Source: Octopus vulgaris (lineage: Eukaryota). Taken from it: a stretch of DNA of 64,000 nt. Shown here in pieces: positions 1 to 12,070 of the stretch. The stretch is from positions 87,358,001 to 87,422,000 of the forward strand of contig OX597816.1 in assembly GCA_951406725.2 (NCBI GenBank). The letters are read 5' to 3'. The stretch's first letter is position 1. Each line of letters starts with the position of its first letter. The position numbers and the translations under genes are program-made. The notes beneath the pieces are model-generated. The model made no database searches, was not told where the DNA came from, and saw only the letters and a program-made list of their open reading frames with translations.

Positions 1-72
1 AAGCGTAAAGAACCTGAATAAATGCAGCAGGTACTTCTGGGATGTGTAACTATTCTGCTAACTTACAACATC

Positions 73-305
73 AATAATAATAATAATAATCTTTTCTACT
101 ATGGGCAAAAGGCTTGAAATTTTGGGAGAGGGGGACTAGTCGATTACATCGACCCCTGTACTCAACTGGTACTTAATTTATCGACCCCGAAAGGATGAAA
201 GGCAAAGTCGACCCCAGCGGAATTTGAACACAGAAAGTAGCAACGGGAGAAATACCACTAAGTATTTCGCCCGGCGTGCTAACGATTCTGCTAGCTCACC
301 GCCTT
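73..305 (-). mobile_element. tRNA-derived SINE, family A (Meta-like central domain)
   Basis: Reverse complement has a tRNA-like head, GCCTTTCATCCTTTCGGGGTCGATAAATTAAGTACC and an (ATT)n tail; related copies recur in the window. Confidence 0.8.
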
Positions 306-807
306 AACTTATACCTCCTGACCAAGCTGAATTCTGTTTTGGAAACATGGCAAGATGTTGATTTTGTGGGACATACCCATAAATTTGGATATATATTAGT
401 TATTTTCCACTCGGAAACCCTGACCCAAAAGCACTTCACCGGTCCTCATGCAAATGACGATTTCACACTGATACTGATTTCACAATGATATCGACTGAGT
501 GTAATCCAAGATGTTGCGGCTTCAGGGTATGTCGACGGACCATATGCCACAGAAGACCTCTGTTCAGAGAGTGTCGACAGTAAATTGAGCCCCTGACCAC
601 CGAAAGCAGAATAGCAGGCACTCCAGTTCAGTAAGATGTCAGCCGATAGTATATAACAGAGACAATGTAAGCGTTCGTCATTACTGCCTAACCTTTCAGA
701 GACAGCATTCTTTCAGCCCGTTTCTGGGTGCTGAGATTGATCACGCCGATCGTCATCTCGTCTCAGTTCTTCTCCACTTGAAAATCTGGACCAATCCAGA
801 CTTTGAG

Positions 808-832
808 TAATAATAATAACAACAACAACAAC

Positions 833-906
<74 letters not shown>

Positions 907-928
907 TAAATAATAATAATAATAATAA
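808..928. repeat. (AAT)n/(AAC)n microsatellite
   Basis: Seen directly. Confidence 0.95.
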
Positions 929-1032
929 CTAGCTGGACCCGTGAAAAATTCACGGAAAATATTACGAATGTAAGTATCTGTAAATTGTGGGCTGGTGCCA
1001 TGGGAAATGTTTCTATATTGTGACAGTTAAAT

Positions 1033-1405
1033 GCAGCGAGCTGGCAGAAACGTTAGCACGCCGGGCGAAATGCGTAGCCGTATTTCGTCTGCCGTTACGT
1101 TCTGAGTTCAAATTCCGCCGACGTCGACTTTGCCTTTCATCCTTTCGGGGTCGATAAATAAAGTACCAGTTACGCACTGGGGTCGATGTAATCGACTTAA
1201 TCCGTTTGTCTGTCCTTGTTTTTCCCCTCTGTGTTTAGCTCCTTGTGGGTAGTAAAGAAATAGGTATTTTATCTGTATTTACGTTCTGAGTTCAAATTCT
1301 GCCGGAGGTCGACTTTGTCTTTCATCCTTTCGGAGTCGACAAATTAAGTACTAGTTGGGTACTGGGGTTGATCTAATCGACTGGCTCCCTCCCACAAAAA
1401 ATTTC
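1033..1405 (+). mobile_element. SINE family A, dimeric arrangement
   Basis: Head GCGAGCTGGCAGAAACGTTAGCACGCCGGG...GAGTTCAAATTCC followed by two tandem Meta-like units. Confidence 0.8.
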
Positions 1406-1406
1406 A

Positions 1407-1806
1407 GGAGTGGCTGTGTGGTAAGTAGCTTGTTTACCAACCACATGGTCCCGGGTTCAGTACCACTGCGTGGCACCTTGGGCAAGTGTCCTCTACTATA
1501 GCCTCGGGCCGACCAAAGCCTTGTGAGTGGATTTGGTAGACGGAAACTGAAAGAAGCCCGTCGTATATATGTATATATATGCGTGTGTGTGTTTGTGTGT
1601 CTGTGTCTGTCCCCCTAGCATTGCATGACAACCGATGCTGGTGTGTTTATGTCCCCGTTACCTAGCGGTTTGGCAAAAGAGTCCGATAGAATAAGTACTG
1701 GGCTTACAAAAGAATAAGTCCCGGGGTCGAGTTGCTCGATTAAAGGCGGTGCTCCAGCATGGCCGCAGTCAAATGACTGAAACAAGTTAAAGAGTAAAGA
1801 GAGTAC
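1407..1806 (+). mobile_element. tRNA-derived CORE-type SINE, family B (near full length)
   Basis: Head TGGCTGTGTGGTAAG...GGTTCAGT, CORE-like ACCTTGGGCAAGT, internal (TA/TG)n, tail GGCGGTGCTCCAGCATGGCCGCAGTCAAATGACTGAAAC. May correspond to the octopus OR-type SINEs (recollection). Confidence 0.85.
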
Positions 1807-1974
1807 AGTAGAAATGTATATTGCGACAGTTACAGAATATAGAAAGAAGTGTAAAACAGATAACTATATATATTCCAACCAATCGTAAACAGAATTACTA
1901 TTTATTTAGCCTTAAAATACACTGTACATATTCAAAGAATCTTCTTGGTTCAGTGGTACGGAACGTTCTCCTAG

Positions 1975-2205
1975 TATTCTTTTACTTGCTTCAGTCATTT
2001 GACAGGTGCAAAGCTGGGGCACCGCCCTTTAGTCAAAGAAATCGACCCCTGGACTTATTCCCTGTAAACCTGGTGCATATTCTATCAGTCTCTTTCGCTG
2101 AACAGATAAGTTACAGGGATGCAAACACACCAGCATCGGTTGTCAAGCAATGTTGGTGGGGGGACAAACACAGTCACAAACACACACACACACACACATA
2201 TATAT
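1975..2205 (-). mobile_element. SINE family B, 3' half
   Basis: Reverse complement matches 1590-1800. Confidence 0.8.
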
Positions 2206-2689
2206 ACATTGCTTATAAATATATTTGGAAGGACTTATATTAAAGTCTGTTGGACTTTTGGATTTTACTCAAAGGATATTGGAATATTGTATATATAACA
2301 TTATGCCTATAAAACGGATTTACAAATTCAATACCCATACATATCTTACATCTATTTTCTTTCCTCCACCTCACTCTCTATTTTGTATCACATCGAAACT
2401 AACTATGACTTAACTCTTCCTCTCACATATTACTAATTAATATCCAAGAAACAGCTATAAGACCTTCTATCTATAAATGGTCTAAAATCTATACAGCCTT
2501 GGTTTTTTTATATCTTATTACACAAAAAATTCTTATATATACACGCTGACATAGAATCAACGTTGAACCCTTTATTTGCAATATTACCGAATCTGGAACT
2601 TAACTATGGTCTGTCTATAGCACTTATTCAGCATTACCTGATACCTTTGGGTCTCAATGACACCATTTTCTCTTATATATATATATATG

Positions 2690-2985
2690 CTAGCAGTATC
2701 GCCGGCGTTGCTCGGGTTTGTAAGGGAAATAACTATATAAGCATTTTTAGAGAGTTACTTCCCTTATATAATAGCAAAAAAAATGCATTAAAAATGGGAA
2801 AAAATGATGGTAAATTTTTTTAAATCGTAGACTCATCGTAGACGCGCGCTAATACCCAGAAGGGCTCGATATGAATCACGACTATAAGATACCCGCTTTT
2901 GGTTACACTGCACCGCAAAATGTGGTGGTAGTTAGGAATCTAAATCGTAGGAGACAGACACACAACTTCACTTTTATATATAAAG

Positions 2986-2986
<1 letters not shown>
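2690..2986 (-). mobile_element. Non-autonomous Helitron
   Basis: On -: starts A|TCTTTATATATAAAAG and ends with hairpin CCCGAGCAACGCCGG then CGATACTGCTAG; same 3' end as 24694. Confidence 0.75.
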
Positions 2987-3020
<34 letters not shown>

Positions 3021-3641
3021 TGTATGTATGCATGTATGTATGTATGTATGTACATATATATGACCGGGCTTGTAGGTGGTAATGATGCTAGCTGGTGCGA
3101 TTTTGTCGTTTGGTGGTATACTGAGAGAGATCCAGCCCTGTTTCTCATATTTTCTAAGTACAGCTGCCTTTTTGCTCAGTTAATCTCCATCTCTCTTAGT
3201 TTGAAAATACACTTCTCTTTGGTCCTGGCTCATTTGTTCTATCCTTTGCTGGTTCCTTTCCCTCCTATGCCGTAGGATACGCAGCCTCTCCTCTTGGCTT
3301 ATTTCGCTTCTTCTCTTTCTCATCCTCGCGCGATTTTGATTCCTTATTTCCTCCTGCTGATCCTCGCACAACCGTTCTCTCCTTCTACGCTGACGATCTC
3401 GTGCTGCATCCCTCATGCGATTATCCATATTTTAAAACTTGTTATTAAAACCATAAATCTCCAAAATGATTCAGAGTGTTTCAATTGAAAAACATATACG
3501 AATGTATTAGATAGTTTTTTGTTTAAAAGGTGAAAATATTTCCTGAAATACTCGCCTAATATGCAAAGATACAGTATATAGGATACTGTAATAAATTATA
3601 TTGTAGGAAAGTAAAAAAAAAATAATGGGGAAAAATAGAAT

Positions 3642-4150
3642 TAATATTTTTGATTTTGTTCGGCTCTATGAATTTAATTTTTTTTTAATGCTTTTGTCAA
3701 TTGCTTGATACAAGAAAAAGAAATTGGAAAAATCCTGACCAAAACAGAGAAATTCTAACTTAACAAAACATATAGGAAGAGAAAGTTACGTTTATTTCCA
3801 CCATGTGACACTTATTATCGCACACACACAAATACTTTCGTGTATGTGTGTGTGTGCGCCCGCGCGTGTTTTAGTTTTTGCTTACTTATACACATCAACA
3901 AATGAACCAATCCAATTTTGTGTGCTTGTTCAATTTGCTAGAAATAACAGCCAAATCTCACTCATACTATGCTGCTGTTAGTATTAAGGAAAAGAAAGGT
4001 AGAACTAATATTTTAGATTTGGTTCGGCTCTATGAATTTACATTTCTTTAAATGCTTTTTGTCTATTACTTGATACAAGAAAAAAGAAATTGGAAAAATC
4101 CTGACCAAAACAGAGACATTGTAACTTAACAAAAAAATATAGAAAGAGAA
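3642..4150 (+). repeat. Diverged direct repeat (~145 bp; 3642-3785 and 4007-4150)
   Basis: Both copies contain GTTCGGCTCTATGAATTT...GGAAAAATCCTGACCAAAACAGAGA. Confidence 0.8.
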
Positions 4151-4399
4151 AGAAAAGAGTTGTATTCGAAAGCCAAAAGATGTTGTTTAGTTGAGGTGTA
4201 ATATTATAATTAAAACAAACTCAAATTTAAATTTCGGAACATAAGACTTAACATGCTATCTGGTGTATGTGCAAATTCAAATGGGTAGAAGACCTAAAAC
4301 AAATGTGTGTATGTGTGAGTGGTTGGGCCTTTAATAGCTAGGGGTCAATTTCAGTTCAATTGTAGAAAGGAATTAAGTTCCTTTAAGCCATTCCCCCCT

Positions 4400-4439
<40 letters not shown>

Positions 4440-4714
4440 CCACTTCCTTTCTCCCATGTTCGACACACGCGTCAAATTTAAGTATCTTAATTTTCTCTTA
4501 ATATCATTGATGCTTCGGTGGCCTAGTAGGCATGGGCGTTGAAAAGTAGAAATATAACACATCGGTGGTGGTTTCAGAGCTCTTCTAGAAATTACAACAG
4601 ATCTAAGATAAAAAAAATTTTATTTAAGTTTCTTTCAACAGTTTCTTTCTCTTAAGAGTGACACAATGTACAAATTGGTGTATTAATATTATTGATAATA
4701 TTAATGATGATGAT

Positions 4715-5337
4715 TTTATTTATTTGCCACAAGGATGAGGGAGACAATACAAAGACAGGACATAAAGTGCTGAGATTTACATATAATGAAATGATAAAAG
4801 GTACGTATACACTGTATGCACTGAAAAAGAAGGGACATGTGCATAGCATACAAAGGTTTAGAAAAAATAAAGGGGAGGGGAGGATGATAGAGATGTGGCC
4901 CTCCTGATAAAGGAAGGCCTCAATTGGATAATCAAGGAACTTCATTGTCCGAGATTTCCCTGAAACCCCAATTCATTCTCCAATTCATTCTCTATGACTC
5001 ACAGGTCTACACTTAGAGAGGTACCAACCATCTTGCCATTTTCACAACTTTCACTCACATTTCAATAGACTTACTCGAGGACAGCACTTCCCTCTCCACT
5101 CTCAATTTCCTTTTCAAGTGAAACTTGAAGAAGTCAATGAGAGCTCTACCAAAGAGGAATATATCTGTCCTCATGCTTTTCAGCCTTGTTCACCAAACAA
5201 CCACGTTTGCCACAGCCACCAGGCAAAGGAAAACTGCTTTACTTGCCCGACTGAAGGAGAGCAGCGGAACGATCATCACTACAGACTCGACCGACGGACG
5301 GATACGTCGCACATGTGACAGCAGCTGTTCGACATAA
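4715..5337 (-). mobile_element. Tx1/L1-like LINE, ORF2 C-terminus and 3' UTR fragment
   Basis: Translates YVEQLLSHV...AVFLCLVAVANVVVW*TRLK...LIDFFKFHLKRKLRVEREVLS, homologous to ORF 38474-38662. Confidence 0.7.
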
Positions 5338-5339
5338 CA

Positions 5340-5383
5340 GTGGTGGTGGTGGTGGTGGTGGTGGTGGCAGGGGCAGCAACAGC

Positions 5384-5458
<75 letters not shown>

Positions 5459-5468
5459 GGTGGTGGTG

Positions 5469-5550
<82 letters not shown>
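5340..5550. repeat. Compound (TGG)n/(TAG)n/(AAG)n microsatellite
   Basis: Seen directly. Confidence 0.95.
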
Positions 5551-5552
<2 letters not shown>

Positions 5553-5802
5553 GCACTCCGAGAGCGCAAACCTCCGCCAAGGTAACACCAACGTCTTAGC
5601 AGTGATTATCCAGAGCCGATTTTGTCCGGTACCGGATCGATTGCTAAATCTAATCAGGTCGTACCAATCACGAGGCCAAAAATCCCTGAAAGTTTCATTC
5701 GAATCCATCCAGTGGTTCTTGAGATATCTCGTCTACGGACAAACAAACAAACAGCAAACACAACTGCAAACAATACATCCGCCTTCTCAAAGGCGGAGGT
5801 AG
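5549..5802 (+). mobile_element. Helentron-associated (HINE/DINE-like) non-autonomous element
   Basis: AAGAGCACTCCGAGAGCGCAAACCTCCGCCAAGG at the left, sub-terminal inverted repeat ACCTCCGCC/GGCGGAGGT, internal (CAAA)n and a terminal hairpin. Confidence 0.65.
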
Positions 5803-5811
5803 TAATAACAA

Positions 5812-5950
5812 TAATAATACCAGTAATTGTAGGAACACTAGGATTGATCAAAGAAGGAACTAAAAATCATTTAAGAATAATCCGTGGTTTGCGGTTCCTG
5901 GAAGACGAGCAAAAGATTGCTTTAACTGGTATGTCACACCTATTGAGAAG
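5812..5950 (+). mobile_element. R4/Dong-like (RLE) non-LTR retrotransposon, C-terminal fragment
   Basis: IIPVIVGTLGLIKEGTKNHL...QKIALTGMSHLLR fits the PVxxGALG...QKxALLGTxHILR motif; adjacent to (AAT)n. Confidence 0.7.
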
Positions 5951-5999
5951 TAAAAGAATAAAAGAATGTGTATATATATATATATATATATATACATAC

Positions 6000-6047
<48 letters not shown>

Positions 6048-6051
<4 letters not shown>

Positions 6052-6890
6052 AGACGAAAATGAAGTGAATCCAGAGGTAGTATTCATCAGCTGTTAGGCA
6101 TTATATTATGTCTATTTATTTAAACAGTTCAGATAATATATATATAAATACATGTGTAAAGTACTAGTAATTTCTAGAACAGAGTAGAAGAGCTGTTTCT
6201 TACGGCTGTTTCTGCCAATAGGTCACAGTAAATTAAGGGCAAAACCACTAATTACCCTCGCCTAGTTATTATATTAAGTAGTGTAATTGCCACGCAATAA
6301 CCAACACTTGTTTGTTAATTAGGTATTCTACCAGCAGTATATTGGATAGATAGTATCCCTTAGTTGGTTGGATTCACGACCTCTAACTCTCTTTGACTAG
6401 ATTTGTGACTATTCGGTGGTACAGAAGTATTTTTCGACTTCTATTTTTTAGCAATATAGGTACTCATGTAGTACCCTTGTGCATATATGTACATATCTAA
6501 TATTGTATGTATATATTTTATATATATATGTATATTAATAAATTTCAGGGTAGTAAAATATTATTTAGAAATTTTTTACCACCTTGGCCTAGCGTGTAGA
6601 AAAACTAGTCGACAGACTATATATTATTCATTATATATACAGTGAACATTTAAACACATAAGGGATGGCCATAATCGGATATCTAAACCGCTAGAAGGAG
6701 TAGTTAAAATCCAAAACAACAATTAGGAGTAATTTCGAAAGGGAATGAAAAATAAAAACATTTATCATCTATTTCCTGGACCGTGGTTTCGAGCAATCTT
6801 CAGCAAATAAAGTAATTTTCTAGGCGAAGCTCTCATCAGCAGGAAAGCCAAAGATTAACATATAAGTCCGAGGCAATACAGAACATGCTC
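6048..6890 (-). mobile_element. Cluster of Penelope-like pseudo-LTR fragments
   Basis: Contains the intact hammerhead and a GAAACAGCCGTAAG half-motif (6199-6212, -); embedded in (TA)n. Confidence 0.5.
6772..6846 (-). ncRNA. Minimal type-I hammerhead ribozyme (Penelope-like pLTR type)
   Basis: Reverse complement reads UUUCCUG-CUGAUGA-GAGC...GCUC-GAAA-CCACGG-UC/CAGGAAA: 7-bp perfect helix I, intact core, helix II GAGC/GCUC with extension, short helix III and GUC cleavage triplet. Confidence 0.8.
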
Positions 6891-7909
6891 TGTATGTATT
6901 TATGTATTTATATATATATTTATGTATTTATATATATATATATCACTGTATGTATATCACTGTATGTATTTATGTATTTATATATATATTTATGTATTTA
7001 TATATATATATCAATGTCTCGACGAGACAATCGGTTGTTTTGTTGCTATATGCTGTTATATATTCGGCTGAGTGGACTGGAGTAACATAAAATGAAGTCT
7101 TTTTTTACTCAATAAAACAGCGCAGGTCTAGGAATCGAAATCACGTTCTTGCGATCGTGAGTTGCAATACCCTAGCCAATATGCCATATACTTTCACACG
7201 CGCACATGTATGTATGTATGTATGTATGTATGTATGTATGTATGTATGTATGTATGCATGCATGTATGTATGCACACATACATATGTATGTATGTACACA
7301 TAAATATGTGGCTATATATGTATAGGCACGCTCACATTTATACATATATATTTTTTTTATTTATTAATACACATATATACACACATACAAACAAACACAC
7401 ACACACACATACACACACATACACGGATACACATGTTGATGCATACATGCATACAATTAAGACACAATCAGTTTTTTATGAAAAAAAAATATAATTATAT
7501 TCAGTAGCGATAAAATAAATTATTAAATGCAACGAAATTAAATCAAAATAACGAGAAGACATCACGAAAATGAAAAAAATTATATAGTTCAATATAAAGA
7601 CTCAGAAAAGATTAAAGATAACTATAATTGCCATTAAGTCTGCCAGAACTATTGTAGGCTAGCAACTGGTAAGTCTTGTAAGTATAATAGCATTTAATCA
7701 TGTTTTATGTTTACCAACCTGACAGACTTATAAGAAACCCACGCAAAGAAGAAAAGTAATTTCTTAAACGTGGTTCTCGATACGATCATACTGCGCGGCA
7801 CCTAAGGCAAGAGTTTTTCACTTAAAAGCCTCGGGTGGATAAAACCATTGTGAATGTAAATTTGTAAGACGGAAATTCAACATAATCTCGTCTGATTTAT
7901 GTGTGTGGG

Positions 7910-7953
<44 letters not shown>

Positions 7954-8312
7954 GAAAGAAAGAAAGGAAGGAAGGAAGGAAGGAAGGAAGGAAGAAAAGA
8001 GAGAGAGAGATTGTGTGTGTGTTTGGGCTTCTCTGTGCATGAGTTTGAGTGTATACACATACATTACATACTTGCAAGTATTATGTATGTATGCATGTAT
8101 GTATGTAGTTCTAAAGGTATATGTGTGCAACGCTAAAAATGTCCACATGTATGTTTGTGTTTGTGTGTGTGTGTATGCGTGTGTGTTAGGGTTTTTCTGC
8201 TAGTGTATATGTATTTGAGTGTATACATATATACGTTATATGTATGTAGCTCTAAAGCTATGTGTGCAATGCTAAAAACGTTCATATATATGTTTCTGTG
8301 TGTGTGTGTGTG

Positions 8313-8453
<141 letters not shown>

Positions 8454-8869
8454 ATGTATGTGTGTGTGTGTGTGTGTGTATGTGTTCACAGAAGAGAGTT
8501 CAAAGAATCAATAATGTGCAGCCGCGCAAGAGGAGGAAAATGAAAAAAAAAAAAAGATTGGGGAACGCACTCAAAATAATCCCCATTATAAGTGGGCGAG
8601 TAGCAGAACTGTTAGAACAGCGGAAAACTGCCTTGTGCTATTCGTTTGGACTCTTTACACTCTGAGTGTAAATCCCGCCGATGTCAACTTTTTCTACCAT
8701 CCCTCCCGAGTAACCCTAACCTTCAGAAACTGCTAGTTTTGCGCCTTGATCAGAGACAATTACATTAAGGCTAACAACTAAACCAGTATCACTGCCCAAA
8801 GATGTCACATTCATAAGAGAACACTGTGAGGTTTGTAAGGCAGCTGCAGGAGACCCATTTTTCTCTTTC

Positions 8870-9280
8870 GAATCAAAACTCTGACCGGGAAATCCAAGTT
8901 GATCTGGAGGCTAGATTCATCGTTTTCATATGAGACAGCTATAGTACTACTCATCTGTCAAGGAACACAAGATGTTCCTTGTGACTGAATTCACAGTGCC
9001 CTTTCAGGGCAGATTTGACACGTCTCACTAAATGAAGAGAGCAAATATCAAGACATCAATACTTAGTCAATGTGACTTTTCTCGAAGTATGGCAACAGTC
9101 TCATTCTTCGTTGAAGCCAGCTTTCGTGGTTTCCCAGCAAGATCTGTGTGCTATTTCTTACTGAAAATTGGACTGGAACTCAAACAACAGGAAAGCTATC
9201 AAAAAGTTAGTAATATCAGTTCAGACCAGCTGTGTATATGTACTTATATTTATGTCATGTTCCTTTATATCCAGGAACTT
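8870..9280 (+). mobile_element. Hero/R2-like RLE retrotransposon fragment
   Basis: FLVTEFTVPFQ...MKRAKYQD...FFVEASFRGFPARSVCYFLLKIG (one frameshift) fits the ELTVPxE...KxxKY...VEVGxRGF endonuclease motif. Confidence 0.65.
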
Positions 9281-9435
9281 GTTTTACATATCACTCTATC
9301 GTCCAGACTATCGGATGTTATTATACATCACTGGTCACGAAGCCTTTCTTGGAATTGTTTTAGCTTTCGAATGAAATTACTGTGCTGGCTAGACGGCCCA
9401 ATCAACATTCTCGCTTGAAGGAATGCCAGTCCGTC

Positions 9436-9524
9436 GCTGAGTAAACTGAGTACAGCTGAGTAAACTTAGTACAGCTGACTAAACTTAGTACAGCTGAGTA
9501 AACTGAGTACAGCTGAGTAAACTG
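9436..9524. repeat. 19-bp minisatellite, ~4.6 copies, inside a decayed family C SINE
   Basis: Unit GCTGAGTAAACTGAGTACA repeated head to tail. Confidence 0.9.
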
Positions 9525-9924
9525 GAACAATATGAAATAAAACACAACGCACCGCTAGTCTGAAAATTGAAACTACAAACCTGCGATCGAGATTACAATA
9601 CCTTAACTATCGTGTACACGTTTTCACATTTTACAATTAAAAATTCAATAACATAAGTACCTTTCTGAAATAAGAACAGGGGTTGATAAAATCAACTAAA
9701 ACCATCGCAGACAGTACCAAAGCATGGCCGTTGTCCAATGACTGAAACTAGAAAAAAAGGAGGGAAACTCTAATGATACTTTAGTTTATCCAACCCAGGA
9801 TGTACTTTGCAACAGCTGAAGCAACACTACATTACCAACAGCATAACAAAGGCGAACATATTTGCTACTGTCAAGCAGTCTTGTGAGTAGATTTGGTTGA
9901 CGGAAACTGAAAGAAGATCAAAGG

Positions 9925-10148
9925 TCCTTCGCGAGCCATAGGCTCATAAGGCTGTCTTGCTCGGATTTTGTGAAACATGTAATTTGCGACGAGACACAGG
10001 TCTATTCATTTTTGCCTGCTGAATAAAGTGGAGCAACGTGGTCTGAAGTATTCTTCTCAAGAACACAACTCGCCACCCGGTCTAGGAATCGAAACCACAA
10101 TCTTACGATCATGAGTACATCCTAACCATTAAGCCACACGTCTCCACT
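9925..10148 (-). mobile_element. tRNA-derived SINE family C (decayed)
   Basis: Homologous to 22035-22285. Confidence 0.7.
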
Positions 10149-10209
10149 CGGTGTGTGTATGTGTGTGTGCGTGTGTGTGTGTAAATATATGTATGTTTAT
10201 GATTGCATG

Positions 10210-10890
10210 TGTCTGTCTTTGTGTTGTTTGTATTTGTCCCTCACCACTGTTTCTGAACCGGTGTTGGTTTGTTTGTGTGCACGTAGCTTAGTGGTTCGGC
10301 GTAAGTGATCGCTAGAATAAGTACCAGATTTAAATACGAAAACAAAGTGTACTGAAGTTAATTTATTCGACTAAACTCTTCAAGGTGGTGCACCAGCATG
10401 ACCGCAGAACAATGACTAAAATAAGAAAAAAATAAAAGAACAAAAATACTATAGAAAAGAAAATATACCTCCCCCCTCTCTCTGCTAAGAGCAAACTGTC
10501 TCGCCATAAAGCCTAAAGACGAAGATAAGATTAAAAGAAATCTAATTTATATATCTTTTATCTTTTACTTGTTTCCGTCATTGGACTGTGGTCATGCTGG
10601 GGCACCGCCTTCAAGTCTTTATTCGAACTAAATGACTCCAGTACTTATTTTCAGGCTATTATTCTCTCGGTCTATTTTTTACCTAATTGCTCAATCACTT
10701 GGACGAAAACAAACCAACAACAGTTGTCAAGCGGTGGTGGGCGACAAACATAAGGACACACACAAACACACACACACACACACACCTGTTGCGGGTCAAG
10801 TCCTACTGCATCGCAACTTGGGCAAGTGTCTTCTATTATAACTTCGGACCGACCAAAGCCTTGTGAGTGGATTTGGTTGAGAAGCCCGTC
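10210..10890. mobile_element. Family B SINE fragments (10210-10440 +, 10555-10785 -, 10788-10890 +)
   Basis: Tail and CORE motifs shared with 1407-1806. Confidence 0.7.
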
Positions 10891-10899
10891 ATATATATA

Positions 10900-11082
10900 T
10901 GGCGATTTTCTTTCTCCGTCTTCACTTACTTGGATTTTTCTTTTTTTCTATATTTCTGACGAAGAGCTCCGATCGAAACGTTAAATCATCCTTCTTTCTT
11001 TCCTTTCCTGAGCGCCCAATAACACTATACTTGTTCCACATCCTCGCGTTGTTGTGTTTTCTCTTTGTTCATGTTTAGATTA
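10900..11082 (+). mobile_element. Penelope-like pLTR fragment (same family as 21115-21305)
   Basis: Shares CGAAACGT...CCTGAGCG...CTCGCGTTGTTG with the reverse complement of 21115-21305; flanked by (TA)n. Confidence 0.55.
10953..10985 (+). ncRNA. Degenerate minimal hammerhead motif
   Basis: UUU-CUGACGA-A-GAGC-ucc-GAUC-GAAA-CG-UU-AAA; one mismatch in helix II and a weak helix I. Confidence 0.45.
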
Positions 11083-11083
11083 A

Positions 11084-11174
<91 letters not shown>

Positions 11175-11176
<2 letters not shown>

Positions 11177-12070
11177 GACGAAGAGAATAAGCAGACCAAA
11201 ACGTAGCAACCGTTTGGCGAAGAAATCAAGAGGAAGTGTGAAAGATCTTAGTTTTATCACAAAAGAGAAAAAAATGTAATAGAAAAGTGAATGGAACAGT
11301 CAAGCTCACAAATTAGAAACCCCTTAGCGCAACTATCAAAATAACATCAAAAGTAGCAGATACTAGAAAAACTCCAACGCACAATAGCAGCCAAATCACG
11401 TCACCAACAACAATAGGAACGTGACAACAATCACAACAAATACATCAAAAGGAACTACAAAATCAGTCAAACACGCAAGAAACAAACTCCATCAATGTCA
11501 GTGTTGTAAATAAAAACGACAGTGAATTGATGAAGTATATATCAACACAACTGAACAGCAATATAGAGACAGCGGGGTAACGATTTTAAAGATTTCAACC
11601 TCAAAACTCCAAAGTTGACTGGCGTCTACAAAACTTTGCTAAATAAATTCTACTCAGAAAAGGGATAGACAAAAGACTATAAGAGGGAACATTCTCTCGA
11701 AGAGAAGATCAGATTACCCATCCTTCTCAAAGATCGAGATGACTTACTTCTCTTTTCTTTTCTCCAACAAACATGCCTGTACTTAAAATGGGGTGTGTAA
11801 ATGTATGCAGCCTGGATCCAACTTGAAATTAAGGCCACTTTCTCAATTACCACAAGTCATTAGACAGTGATGTAGCAGCCATTAGTAGGCTCGTGATTTT
11901 TGGAGTACTCTAACTTGTGTCTGTTTTCGATTAGGTATTTTTATATCGTTGTCTAATGAGATTGTGTAAGGCGGATTAGTGGTTATATTCTGGAACACCT
12001 TAAATTTCGAGGTACGGACAATCATCATGAAGCGGGGGTTAAATTAACATGATCCTGGATGTGAACGGCA
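11175..12070 (+). mobile_element. Decayed Tx1/L1-like LINE (end of ORF1 and start of APE endonuclease)
   Basis: LKMGCVNVCSL...GHFLNYHKSLDSDVAAIS parallels LRICNINACCL...GYLLSDLTSLRVDVVAISET at 31346. Confidence 0.6.

Larger units (their letters stand above)
929..4510 (-). mobile_element. Putative Helitron with nested insertions
   Basis: 3' end on -: hairpin CCGTGAA-AAA-TTCACGG (939-955) then CTAG|T at 929. 5' end on -: A|TCAATGATATTAAGAG at 4510. Internal ORF 3180-3428 is R/E/Q-rich and resembles RepHel N-terminal STPR-like repeats. That both ends belong to one element is inference. Confidence 0.5.

Noticed and set aside
306-807. Complex sequence possibly from a retroelement or exon
   Set aside because: No convincing protein motif or splice-bounded ORF in any frame.
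9436-9524. CRISPR-like regular repeat
   Set aside because: Head-to-tail 19-bp units without unique spacers, eukaryotic context and no cas genes.
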